A stretch of 64,000 nucleotides of DNA from a virus (Duplodnaviria > Heunggongvirae > Uroviricota > Caudoviricetes), in the IMG/VR virus record IMGVR_UViG_3300033405_000002, positions 243,595 to 307,594 of that record; one strand, 5' to 3'. The notes under the pieces are model-generated. The model was not told the origin of the DNA and made no database searches. It saw only the letters and a program-made list of their open reading frames with translations. Both the position numbers and the translations under genes were made by a program. Each line of letters opens with the position of its first letter. The stretch's first letter is position 1. Shown one piece after another: positions 19,801-28,283 of the stretch.

Positions 19801-20675
19801 TAGGCGGCTATCGGGACACCGTTTAATCTGGCACGCACGCCTTTCGCTAGATCAATTTTGTAGTTCGGCGTTTTGGTGCCGTAGGATTTTTTCACGTAGC
19901 TGGTGATGCGTGCCCATTCAGGATACCTCCGCACGATCTCTTCCAGATTCCTCTGGCGATCTCGCAACCCGCCTCTCGCGTAGTCCTTAGAGTTAATCTG
20001 AAACTCGAACACTAGACCGTTGTGCTTGAGCACGTTGAATTCTCCGCACTTGTCCAAGACGTGCATTTGAGCTTCAGCGTCAGCACCAACACCGAAGTCA
20101 GCATCAAATGGATTTGGGCTTTCTTTGAAGAATCCCAAGCAACCGCTCCAACCGAAGGTGGGTTTGAACGGCGTGTCGATCTTCAGCCCACACTTGCCGT
20201 CCGCGTTGAAGCTCGTGGTGAAATAATCGAAGCCTTCCCGTCTCGCCAACCGCGCCAACCGTTTTAACTCGCGTTGAATGACATGAATTGGCTCTATGGG
20301 AAACGACCAGTATTTGTCGTTCGGTGTGCCGTCACGATGTTTCCTCTTCAGCCGCTTTGACACTCCACGTGGGGCCTTCAGGTCATCATCTAGCAGAAAG
20401 CCAATGTCGTCCGTTGACATGAGTTCTTGGCACAGCGCGTATCCGTGGTAGCGGAGCTTGCCGAATGGGACACCGTTCTCGTTTGACCAGTTGTGTGTGA
20501 CAATCTCAACGCGTCTCTTGCCGATGAGCTTGGACGTTTCCAACATATTCTCAAACGCGGCCCTATCGGACTCGTGGACATAGGCGACATACCTCGCACC
20601 GTGGATCGGTAGCTTAGACAGAGACAACGCGAATTTATAGGGTCGGTTGGACGCTACCACAAATACCATGCTCAT
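19800..20675 (-). CDS. Glycosyltransferase resembling TET-associated (TAGT/GREB1-like) DNA-base glycosyltransferases
   Basis: VVASNRP...YVAYVHESDRAAF...FLLDDDL...DAEAQMHVL...GG pattern parallels phage TAGT family; adjacent to DNA MTases. Confidence 0.55.
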   Translation of the reverse strand: MSMVFVVASNRPYKFALSLSKLPIHGARYVAYVHESDRAAFENMLETSKLIGKRRVEIVTHNWSNENGVPFGKLRYHGYALCQELMSTDDIGFLLDDDLKAPRGVSKRLKRKHRDGTPNDKYWSFPIEPIHVIQRELKRLARLARREGFDYFTTSFNADGKCGLKIDTPFKPTFGWSGCLGFFKESPNPFDADFGVGADAEAQMHVLDKCGEFNVLKHNGLVFEFQINSKDYARGGLRDRQRNLEEIVRRYPEWARITSYVKKSYGTKTPNYKIDLAKGVRARLNGVPIAA

Positions 20676-20679
20676 CCTT

Positions 20680-21480
20680 TTATTCTACCTCCACCGGAGT
20701 GACGAGAGCGATGCGCTGGGCAGCGATTTTGGCGTATTCTTCAGATAAGTCTATGCCGATGAAGCGGCGGCCGTTTTTGATCGCCATCTTTCCGGTTGTC
20801 CCGCTTCCCATCATCGGATCGAGAACCAGATCGCCGGGATTCGACCAACTCAAGATATGATCTTCCGCTAATTTCTCTGGAAAGACGGCCGGATGTTCTT
20901 TGGCGAATGGGTCAGAAGCGCTCGCGGTGCCAGTGGCATACGTCCAGATGTTGCCACGTATCTTCAGGTCGGCGATCTTCTCCGATTTGTGCGCTGGCTC
21001 CAGAACACCTTTCTCATCTTGCCGGAACGTGCGCTTGCTTGCAGATTTTCCCGCGTGTAAACACGGCTCCATAATCGGATTGAACGTCTTCGGCTTGCCT
21101 TTGCTGAGCACGAACATATACTCGAACTTCTGCTCGTAGCGATTGTGAGTTAGTGGCGGCTTCTCACTAGCGTAGATCATGGTGTCGTGCAGGTTGAAGC
21201 CAATCTCTTTGAAGTAGAGAGCTTGCCGGAAACTGTTGCCAGACTCCGTGCCGTCCTTGGTTTGGTCGCCAACTACCCAGACCACGACTCCCCCCGGCGC
21301 GGTCGCGTGCCAGAGTCCGGCTGCGATGGCTGGAAAGTTGAACGAGTATCCCTGATACGTGCGAAGACCGTCATACGGCGGCGAAGTTACGGTAAGATCA
21401 ACTGAGTCGGCTGGGAGCCTCAGGAGTTGTTCAGCGGAATCGCCCACAATCAGCCAATGCGTGCTTGGATAGAGTGCCAT
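20680..21480 (-). CDS. DNA N4-cytosine/N6-adenine methyltransferase (beta class)
   Basis: VTSPPY motif IV, HPAVFP, LVLDPMMGSGTTG motif I, FIGIDL. Confidence 0.92.
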   Translation of the reverse strand: MALYPSTHWLIVGDSAEQLLRLPADSVDLTVTSPPYDGLRTYQGYSFNFPAIAAGLWHATAPGGVVVWVVGDQTKDGTESGNSFRQALYFKEIGFNLHDTMIYASEKPPLTHNRYEQKFEYMFVLSKGKPKTFNPIMEPCLHAGKSASKRTFRQDEKGVLEPAHKSEKIADLKIRGNIWTYATGTASASDPFAKEHPAVFPEKLAEDHILSWSNPGDLVLDPMMGSGTTGKMAIKNGRRFIGIDLSEEYAKIAAQRIALVTPVEVE

Positions 21481-21494
21481 TACCTCAGTTTATC

Positions 21495-21860
21495 ATGAAT
21501 CGCTTGGGTCGTGGAGCGCATCAAATAGACGCCATGCCTGACAGCCGTAAAGCCGAACGCGCTTTCAACAAGAAAATGCAGCGCCGGATCACCTATCGCG
21601 TGGATGTTATCACGTCATCCGGCACCTACGCGGAGTACACCAGCAGCAACGGAGTGGACAAGGCGTTTGCCGAGTCTCTGGCGGCTTACTTGAAGACGCG
21701 GGGACAAGGCGGCAGGCTGGTGCGGCTTCCGTCCGGTAAGATCGTTGAAACATGGCCCCTGACTGGCACGCTGGCATCGCCAACCGAGTATCAAGATTTG
21801 GCACAGGCGTACCGGGACGCGCACCCGAATCCGGTGGTTTTGGAAGAAAATACTCTGTAA
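21495..21860 (+). CDS. Hypothetical protein
   Basis: ORF 21465-21860; start uncertain (ATG 21495 chosen). Confidence 0.5.
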   Translation: MNRLGRGAHQIDAMPDSRKAERAFNKKMQRRITYRVDVITSSGTYAEYTSSNGVDKAFAESLAAYLKTRGQGGRLVRLPSGKIVETWPLTGTLASPTEYQDLAQAYRDAHPNPVVLEENTL

Positions 21861-21886
21861 AGTGTTGAAAACAAACCCCCACTGAT

Positions 21887-21916
21887 TGGACATTTTTCAC
21901 CCTTCGGTTGTATACT
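21887..21916 (+). promoter_or_regulatory. Sigma70-like promoter TGGACA-N18-TATACT
   Basis: -35 at 21887-21892, -10 at 21911-21916, then RBS GGAGGG and ATG 21932. Confidence 0.7.
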
Positions 21917-21931
21917 AGGACTGGAGGGAAT

Positions 21932-22600
21932 ATGAGCCGAAGCTGCTGGGAAGCCGGGACACTGAAATTCAGCGTGAAAGAATACGGCGCGTTCCGCCGT
22001 GGCATGATTCAGTGGTACAACGAGCGTCAGGGACGCATCCACGCCAGCGCAGTTTCCGTTTACACGCGCATCAAAGCCGAAGGCAAAGGCAAGCGCAACT
22101 TCGATTACGACGAAGCGTTCCGTAAGGCTGCTGATCTCTCCTACGGCTCCATGTACAGCCGCCCGATTGATGGCGACGACGAAATCTACAACGTGCTGTT
22201 CCCTTCCGAGAAGGTTGAAGGCAAGGGCTGGCAGCGCTCCAAGAAGCCGCACGCTCCCAAGAAGAAGGATTTCCCCACGCTCAAGCTGACCGCCGAGTCG
22301 ATCAGTGTTGATGATGGCGAAGCGTCCATCCGGTTCGATAACAAGACTCGCACCGTCCGGTGGGGAGTCTCCGAGAACAACCACGCGGTTGAACGTGCGC
22401 GTGAGCACGCTATCGGACGTGAGTTCTTCTCGCGCCTGTCTCGCGTCAACTGGACTCGCGGCACAGGTGGACAGATCATCGGGAACGATGAGTACAATCA
22501 GGACAGCGAATACGTTGGCGGCGGTGGAAATTACATCACAGCCGAATACGGGCCATCGAAGAAAGCCAGCGGCTTCCGCCGCACGTTAGGAGCATTCTAA
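21932..22600 (+). CDS. Hypothetical early protein
   Basis: ATG 21932 with GGAGGG; strong C/G-ending codon bias. Confidence 0.8.
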   Translation: MSRSCWEAGTLKFSVKEYGAFRRGMIQWYNERQGRIHASAVSVYTRIKAEGKGKRNFDYDEAFRKAADLSYGSMYSRPIDGDDEIYNVLFPSEKVEGKGWQRSKKPHAPKKKDFPTLKLTAESISVDDGEASIRFDNKTRTVRWGVSENNHAVERAREHAIGREFFSRLSRVNWTRGTGGQIIGNDEYNQDSEYVGGGGNYITAEYGPSKKASGFRRTLGAF

Positions 22601-22950
22601 TGACGCCACAAGAGCAGGAGCATTGGGATCACGAATTCGGTAGCTTCGGTAGTGAGTTCGAAGCCGCTTACGCGCTGAGCGCACGCGAAACTCATATCGA
22701 GCGTCAGGACGCGGAAATTGACGCGCTGACCGCCGCTGGCAAGTTCGTGGTGGTCGAACAGCACGAAGTTTGCTGCCGCTTCACGGACGCGCTCTTAGGC
22801 GTGACCAGAACCATTGTCTCAGTCCACGATACGGAAGCCGCCGCCCTCGCCGCAGCCGGGAACGTTGAAGAATATGGCATCGCATACCCATGCACCGTTT
22901 GTGAACTGGTTGTACCTGCAAGCGATTCGCAGGACGATATTCCTTTCTAA
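22600..22950 (+). CDS. Hypothetical protein ending in DDIPF
   Basis: Coupled start (TAATG); C-terminal DDIPF resembles the SSB-type acidic tail. Confidence 0.7.
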   Translation: MTPQEQEHWDHEFGSFGSEFEAAYALSARETHIERQDAEIDALTAAGKFVVVEQHEVCCRFTDALLGVTRTIVSVHDTEAAALAAAGNVEEYGIAYPCTVCELVVPASDSQDDIPF

Positions 22951-22960
22951 GGGGGAAACC

Positions 22961-23107
22961 ATGAGTGCAGCTTGGGGAGCCACAGGAGTACCAGCGATTC
23001 AAGAAGAAGCACAGGCGAAACGGATGATCCGTTTGTGGGGAATGCTGGCGGTTGCTGGATCGTTCTTGCTTTACGTCTACTCTCACCTAAACATGCGCCT
23101 GTTCTAA
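22961..23107 (+). CDS. Small membrane protein
   Basis: 48 aa from ATG 22961 (RBS GGGGG); hydrophobic LWGMLAVAGSFLLYVY. Confidence 0.6.
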   Translation: MSAAWGATGVPAIQEEAQAKRMIRLWGMLAVAGSFLLYVYSHLNMRLF

Positions 23108-23113
23108 AACACA

Positions 23114-23138
23114 AAGCGCCGGGGGTCTCCCGGTGCTT
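23114..23138. terminator. Terminator hairpin between convergent genes
   Basis: AAGCGCCGGG-ggtct-CCCGGTGCTT (one G-U pair). Confidence 0.65.
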
Positions 23139-23154
23139 CTCACTTCCACCACGC

Positions 23155-23799
23155 TTAGTTTAGGAAGCTCTCTTTTGCCACAGCTTCCCAATCTTTGCCG
23201 CTGGCAACCACGAAGTCATCCAACGCTTCGCCGCCGTCTTGCGCAAGTGCTGGGGCGTGCATCAGGCTGACCGATGTTTCAGTCCAAACCTTCGCCAGCG
23301 CTCCATGGAACAAGTTACGGAAACAAGTTTTGAGGTCCGGGGAGTTTACAGAAACCAGCCAGCCGGAACCATAGTTGTCTTTGCGTGCTGCTTCTGGATC
23401 GCGCACGGCGTTCTCATTGACTTCGGCGATGGTGCCTTCTACTGGTGAAAGGATGTTGATGCTTTTGCCGTCGCGCACGATGGTCGCGAGCTTTGCGCCT
23501 TGGCGAACCCAAGTGCCGCGCTGCGGAAGCGTGATACTGTCAATCTTGCCGATGAGCTTAGATGCGAAGTCGTCCATGCCAACGCGAACAAGGTTCGGGG
23601 ACTCACCAAGGGCCCACGTGTGACCGGGATGATAGGAGAGATTTTCAGGGAGACGGAAACCGTTTACAAGAGAGTATGCCGGGAGTTTCTTCGCCGGACG
23701 TTCTGTTACTGCTACTGGAACAGCGACCTTGCCACGGCTGTGAATCCAGTCGATAAGCAAGAACATGATGAAAGTGAGAAGAACCAAGATGACTGTCAT
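23155..23799 (-). CDS. gcvH: Glycine cleavage H (GcvH)-like protein with N-terminal TM helix
   Basis: YHPGHTW...VRVGMDDFA...ILSPVEGTIAEVN...DNYGSGWL; start reassigned to ATG 23799 with RBS GGAGG; canonical lipoyl-Lys position is Gly, with Lys one residue downstream. Confidence 0.8.
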   Translation of the reverse strand: MTVILVLLTFIMFLLIDWIHSRGKVAVPVAVTERPAKKLPAYSLVNGFRLPENLSYHPGHTWALGESPNLVRVGMDDFASKLIGKIDSITLPQRGTWVRQGAKLATIVRDGKSINILSPVEGTIAEVNENAVRDPEAARKDNYGSGWLVSVNSPDLKTCFRNLFHGALAKVWTETSVSLMHAPALAQDGGEALDDFVVASGKDWEAVAKESFLN

Positions 23800-23821
23800 A
23801 ACTGCCTCCGCTGTTACTAAG

Positions 23822-23836
23822 GCAATCGCCGTGCCA
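23822..23836 (-). promoter_or_regulatory. Sigma-54 (-24/-12) promoter
   Basis: TGGCACG-GCGA-TTGC, perfect GG-N10-GC consensus, about 22 nt upstream of the gcvH-like ATG. Confidence 0.8.
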
Positions 23837-23962
23837 AACTCGACAGTCATATTTTTCAGTGGATTACGAAGGTGCGGAAAAACGTAATGATGTGGTTCGC
23901 AACAGTGGAATTTTTCAGCACCGTCCGTTCTCTGCTTTTTCAATCACTTGGAGCCGCTTAAT

Positions 23963-24000
23963 ATCGCAACAGCTACCGTGGTGAATCGCAACACCTACCG
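23963..24000. repeat. 16-bp direct repeat (candidate enhancer-binding sites)
   Basis: ATCGCAACAGCTACCG (23963-23978) and ATCGCAACACCTACCG (23985-24000), 22-bp period; partial third copy TCGCAACAG near 23898. Confidence 0.7.
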
Positions 24001-24076
24001 TAAATGGAAGTACAGGTACAGGGCGAAGGCTATTACGCCGACGATTTTTACTACGATAGGCGGGCTTTGGTCTTAA

Positions 24077-24814
24077 TCAACGGTTTGCCCTGCTGACGAA
24101 CATGTGTTCGAACTCCGGGTCTTCCACTTTGATGCGGAACTCACCGAGCAAAGCCGGATCAACGCGGTAGATGTGCCCCAGCTTTTGCATCTTGCGCTTG
24201 CTGTATCCCACACCCGACGGATTTGCCTTGTCGATCAGACTGTGAATGTACGCGCCAAGGGCGTGTTCTTGCGCGTCCTTCGATTCCATAAGCTGCTTGG
24301 AGGCACGGCTCATGGCGCGGCGAATATCCGGTCGGTGTAGGTGATGCACTTCGGCGATCCGTTGGAACGACCGTGTCTTGGCATACAGGTCTATGATCTC
24401 CGAAAGATTGATCTTGTCCAAACTGCCTTCCAACCCAGCACGTGTCAAAATCTCGTGCATACGCTCCACGGTCGGCTCCCCCATCATAATGAAGCACGCC
24501 AGAGTCTTGACCGCCATACGGATGCGGAATGAGCACACCGTCTGCGTGGACTTGTGGATGATGGCAAGTGTGTTCTGTGTCTTGCTAAGCAGATAGTACG
24601 AGAGCAGGAGTTCTTGGTCTTCCTTTTTCAAATGCCGCAGCATCCGCAGAAATTCCGAGAAGTGATCGAGCACGTAGGTTAGGATGTCGTCTTCTGAAAG
24701 CTCCGGCTGCGTCTCCAAGCCGATGCACGACATTCCGTGAAGCTGTTCTTCTTCGGTCAGCAGCATTGCTCTGGCCGATGTGATGCTGTCAAAGTACGGT
24801 GTATTCTCGCTCAA
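24077..24814 (-). CDS. Transcription factor with tandem sigma70 region-4-like HTH domains
   Basis: LKKEDQELLLSYYLLSKTQNTLAIIHKSTQTVCSFRIRMAVKTL and second HTH RSFQRIAEVHHLHRPDIRRAMSRA; start uncertain (TTG 24814 or ATG 24922). Confidence 0.6.
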   Translation of the reverse strand: MSENTPYFDSITSARAMLLTEEEQLHGMSCIGLETQPELSEDDILTYVLDHFSEFLRMLRHLKKEDQELLLSYYLLSKTQNTLAIIHKSTQTVCSFRIRMAVKTLACFIMMGEPTVERMHEILTRAGLEGSLDKINLSEIIDLYAKTRSFQRIAEVHHLHRPDIRRAMSRASKQLMESKDAQEHALGAYIHSLIDKANPSGVGYSKRKMQKLGHIYRVDPALLGEFRIKVEDPEFEHMFVSRANR

Positions 24815-24951
24815 TGTCCTTTTCCTCAATAAAGCTGATATTTTTCCCTTGACCCAATGAAAAATTTTGGATAAGGTGCATAATAGGACAAGTGTCGCCC
24901 CGATGGGCCTTAGCGTCCGCACGCACCCTAATACTGAAATTTTTGGAAAAC

Positions 24952-24985
24952 CGAAAAAAGAAGGGGAGCCTGTGTAGGCTCCCCT
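24952..24985 (-). terminator. Rho-independent terminator for 25019-26611
   Basis: AGGGGAGCCT-gtgt-AGGCTCCCCT with T tract on the minus strand. Confidence 0.85.
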
Positions 24986-25018
24986 CGCAGCATCCCCAGA
25001 TTCGGGGAGAGGCTGTGC

Positions 25019-26611
25019 TTAGCTTGACTTGATTGCGATGGAACCGACCAGCACGGGGTAACCGAGCGGGTTGGAGAAGTTCGGGTTGAAGCTGCCAGCC
25101 GAGCCAGCCGCCGTCAAAGCGTATTCCACCAAGTAGTGAGCTTCGGAACCAACCAGCGTTCCGTTGCCGATTTGCGTCATTGCAGCACCAGATGCAGCGC
25201 CAGCCGTCACATTGACTGTGCCGGGAGCGAAGGCGTTGCCGCTCTTCATCAAACCGATTGACAAGAGCATGTCGCCGTCTGCCGCCGTGGTAACGAGAGC
25301 AGCCGGAGCCGTTGCTGGGTTAGACGTAGTTTCCGTTGTTGAGATGGACACGGCGTCAACTGGAGAAGATGCCGCAGCACCGCTCACGTTGATAACCATA
25401 AAGTTCACGCCGCCGTCGAAGATCGGCACAGAGCCGCCAGACCAATCAGCAGGAACGTTGATTCCCGGCTGGAACATCGAGTTCAGATTGACCTTGTAGG
25501 TGCCAGCCGCCACGTTCGGTGCGACCCAGATGTACATGCTTGGGTAGTAGCCGTCAATGCTCCACATGCTGGACGGGAACGGAGACGAAGCTGTGAGGCT
25601 GGTCGCCAAGTTCGAGCCGTAAGCATAAACCTTGCCGCCACTGATTGTTAGCTGACCGCTGAAGGTTGCCGGAGTCACGCTGCCATTGCTTGGCGGGCCA
25701 GAGAACGGATAAGAGACGGTGTAGTCTGAATCCGCGATAGCCACGAAAGCTTCCAGCGTCCATGCGTTGCCGTTTGGTGTCGCCGTTCCGGTGTCATCAG
25801 CATTGCTGTAGTTCGCATGTGTGAAGTTCGCCGTAAACTGTGTTGCTGTGGCACCAGACAGAACCGTAACGGTCTGACCGTTCAGGAAAGATTCCTGTGT
25901 GCCTTGGAGCACTACGGTTTGACCAGTCGAGAGCGCTGCTTGACCAGTGTTCTCAAGGGTTACTGTCAGGACGTTGCTTGTGATGGATGTTGCGATGATG
26001 TCCTGCGGAACGCCATCAGCGAGGTCCGAGATCGTCGGCGCTGCGTTGAAGTCGTTTAGACCAGCCAACTGACCAAGCGCAAAGCTTGGGGTGCCAGTGC
26101 CAGCCGCGACAGGCGCGTTGCTGTATGGCGGGTATGGCGGGGTGTACGGCGCGGAGCCGTGTAGGAGATCGAAGTTGACAGGCTGGCGCAGACCAAATGC
26201 AATTGCGATCAAGCAGTCGCCAGCGTTTGCGTTCACAAGAACGTTGTCACCAGTCTGGTTCGACCAGAGGTTGGCGATCTTGGACGCGTATTGCGATGGG
26301 GTGCCGTTCGTGGTGTACGAAGCCGTCGCCGCATGAGTTTCCGCTACAGCATAGGCGTTGTTCAACAGAATGGTGGTTGCGGTGCTGAACAGAACCGTAA
26401 AGGTTCCGTTATTGCTCGCATTGGTGAAGCCGCTAATGGTTAGCGCTTGATTGGCAAGACCGTTGTTTGCACCGCCAGTGATGGTGCCTGTGTAAACGGC
26501 GCTGCCGACCACACCATACGATGTGCGAGCGGAGATGACCGAAGCTGCGACAGCAGTAAGAGCAAAAGAGTCGCCACGCTGCGGGTTTAGAACGATGTTG
26601 TTTGTAGGCAT
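25019..26611 (-). CDS. Virion structural/tail-associated protein
   Basis: 530 aa, Ala/Thr/Gly/Ser-rich; carries the FLNGQ beta repeat shared with 7011 and 49493. Confidence 0.7.
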   Translation of the reverse strand: MPTNNIVLNPQRGDSFALTAVAASVISARTSYGVVGSAVYTGTITGGANNGLANQALTISGFTNASNNGTFTVLFSTATTILLNNAYAVAETHAATASYTTNGTPSQYASKIANLWSNQTGDNVLVNANAGDCLIAIAFGLRQPVNFDLLHGSAPYTPPYPPYSNAPVAAGTGTPSFALGQLAGLNDFNAAPTISDLADGVPQDIIATSITSNVLTVTLENTGQAALSTGQTVVLQGTQESFLNGQTVTVLSGATATQFTANFTHANYSNADDTGTATPNGNAWTLEAFVAIADSDYTVSYPFSGPPSNGSVTPATFSGQLTISGGKVYAYGSNLATSLTASSPFPSSMWSIDGYYPSMYIWVAPNVAAGTYKVNLNSMFQPGINVPADWSGGSVPIFDGGVNFMVINVSGAAASSPVDAVSISTTETTSNPATAPAALVTTAADGDMLLSIGLMKSGNAFAPGTVNVTAGAASGAAMTQIGNGTLVGSEAHYLVEYALTAAGSAGSFNPNFSNPLGYPVLVGSIAIKSS

Positions 26612-26703
26612 CGAGATGAGTTCCTTGAGGAAATGTCCTCTACATGACGATGCGTAGCGGAAAAACCTGACTTTCAGAAGCTAATTAGGGGATATTTAGG
26701 AGA

Positions 26704-27201
26704 ATGGGACGCAAACGGCTTTTCAACGACAAAGAGAAATGGTGCAACAAATGCCAAAAGTGGTTAGCATTGGACGCCTTCGGCGAGAACAAGAGAACAG
26801 CATCCGGTAGGCAAGACTACTGCAAAACCTGTCACAACGCGTACACCGGGTCATTCTGGGCTAAGGTTGCGGCTTACGAACAGCTTCTTCAACAGAAGTG
26901 GCGCATGTCTCCCGGAGATTATCTTGAACTTTGGCGCTCACAGGACAAGAAGTGTGCGATCTGTAGCGCGGCGCTCACGCTTTACCATCGAGACACGCAT
27001 GTTCATGTCTTCGGCTATGCCAAACGATTACTCTGCACAACTTGCAAACGCGGGATGGAGTGCTTCAGGGATGACCCCACATTGTTAGTGAAGGCGTTGG
27101 AGCATATCAAAGATTCCAGCGGCGATGAGAATAAGGGTGAGCAAACCCAGCCCAGTCAGGACAAGAGCGCCGGAGAAAATTCTGAGCAAGCCAAAAGCTA
27201 A
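26704..27201 (+). CDS. Endonuclease VII-like protein, probably catalytically degenerate
   Basis: N-terminal CxxC...CxxC, then QDKKCAIC...LLCTTCKRG...FRDDPTLL; DH and Asn catalytic residues not found. Confidence 0.75.
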   Translation: MGRKRLFNDKEKWCNKCQKWLALDAFGENKRTASGRQDYCKTCHNAYTGSFWAKVAAYEQLLQQKWRMSPGDYLELWRSQDKKCAICSAALTLYHRDTHVHVFGYAKRLLCTTCKRGMECFRDDPTLLVKALEHIKDSSGDENKGEQTQPSQDKSAGENSEQAKS

Positions 27202-27222
27202 ACGCTTTGCTTCTTTGTCCAT
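27085..27222 (-). CDS. Small antisense membrane peptide (45 aa)
   Basis: MDKEAKRLAFGLLRIFSGALVLTGLGLLTLILIAAGIFDMLQRLH; GAAGG upstream; absent from the ORF track because of size. Confidence 0.5.
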   Translation of the reverse strand: MDKEAKRLAFGLLRIFSGALVLTGLGLLTLILIAAGIFDMLQRLH

Positions 27223-27443
27223 AAAAACCTTCAAAATCGGATGCCGGAACTACGGTCCCGCCTGCCCCGGCACCCATCAAGGGGAATACGCCCTTGCACG
27301 AGACCCAACACGAGTCGGGTTATTGGCGTGTCGCAGGACTCTACTTACGATCTTGATATTACGCTTCCACTGGTCTGAAAGCAAATTTGCGGTTTCCAAT
27401 GGAATTTCCGAGCTACGGCACACTTAGTTGAGAGGGCTACCAC

Positions 27444-28280
27444 ATGCAGGTTCAGAATCTTCAAATTTACAGTTCTTCGATTGCGGTCGGTGGGAACGGC
27501 CCGTGGATTGACATCAGCAATCTCGTCTCCCTGTCTGTTCAGATCAACACTTTTACCACAGGCAGCACCGACATTGAAGTCTCCAACGACCCGAACGTGA
27601 TGATCGACGGTGCAGGCATCGGCGCTCCGAGCGCCGCCCCAACTCTGCGACAGTTTGCGGCAGGCTCCACGTTTCAGTCTGGCGTCAGCAATCTGGCAGG
27701 CGGCACCTTCTTTGTTACAACGACCTTCATCACGAAGTGGGGCGAGACCGTAGCGAGCGCGGAATCATCACTTGCTGTCACAGCGGGCAACTATCTTTTC
27801 GTCGCTGCCCCAACGCCAACCGCAGCACAGGCACCTTACGTCACTGGATGGAATTGCTACGTGGGCCTCGCAAGCGGTGCAGAAGTTCTCCAAACCGCTC
27901 CCCCGTATTCTTCGCAGCGCACCATTGATAGCACAGGCACCCAGACCCCGCTTGGCAGCGGCGTCAGCGGCACAGGCGGCATTCATTTCACAATCACGGG
28001 CGCACTGCCGCTTCAGCAGAATTTTGCAATGGTTAACGGCTTCCAGCAAACTGAGTGGACAGCCCCAGTATCGGATCAGTCCGGTGGGGCAAACTCTGGC
28101 GTCAGCGTAACTAACGGCGCTGGGTTCACAACCTCCGCGTCGGATGAGAACACAACCGTTGCTGTCTTCTACTCAGGGAGCAACGTGATGTGGACACCAT
28201 CTTGTATGACTTGGAAGTTCTTGCGCGTCACGCACGGCGGTGCAAGCACCGTGGCGTATCTGAACGGTCAGAAAGGCTAA
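27444..28280 (+). CDS. Putative virion structural protein
   Basis: 278 aa, RBS GAGAGG, Ser/Thr/Gly/Ala-rich. Confidence 0.65.
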   Translation: MQVQNLQIYSSSIAVGGNGPWIDISNLVSLSVQINTFTTGSTDIEVSNDPNVMIDGAGIGAPSAAPTLRQFAAGSTFQSGVSNLAGGTFFVTTTFITKWGETVASAESSLAVTAGNYLFVAAPTPTAAQAPYVTGWNCYVGLASGAEVLQTAPPYSSQRTIDSTGTQTPLGSGVSGTGGIHFTITGALPLQQNFAMVNGFQQTEWTAPVSDQSGGANSGVSVTNGAGFTTSASDENTTVAVFYSGSNVMWTPSCMTWKFLRVTHGGASTVAYLNGQKG

Positions 28281-28283
28281 CCA

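Noticed and set aside
27270-27417. 48-codon minus-strand ORF starting GTG
   Set aside because: No RBS, no motif, and the length is expected by chance.
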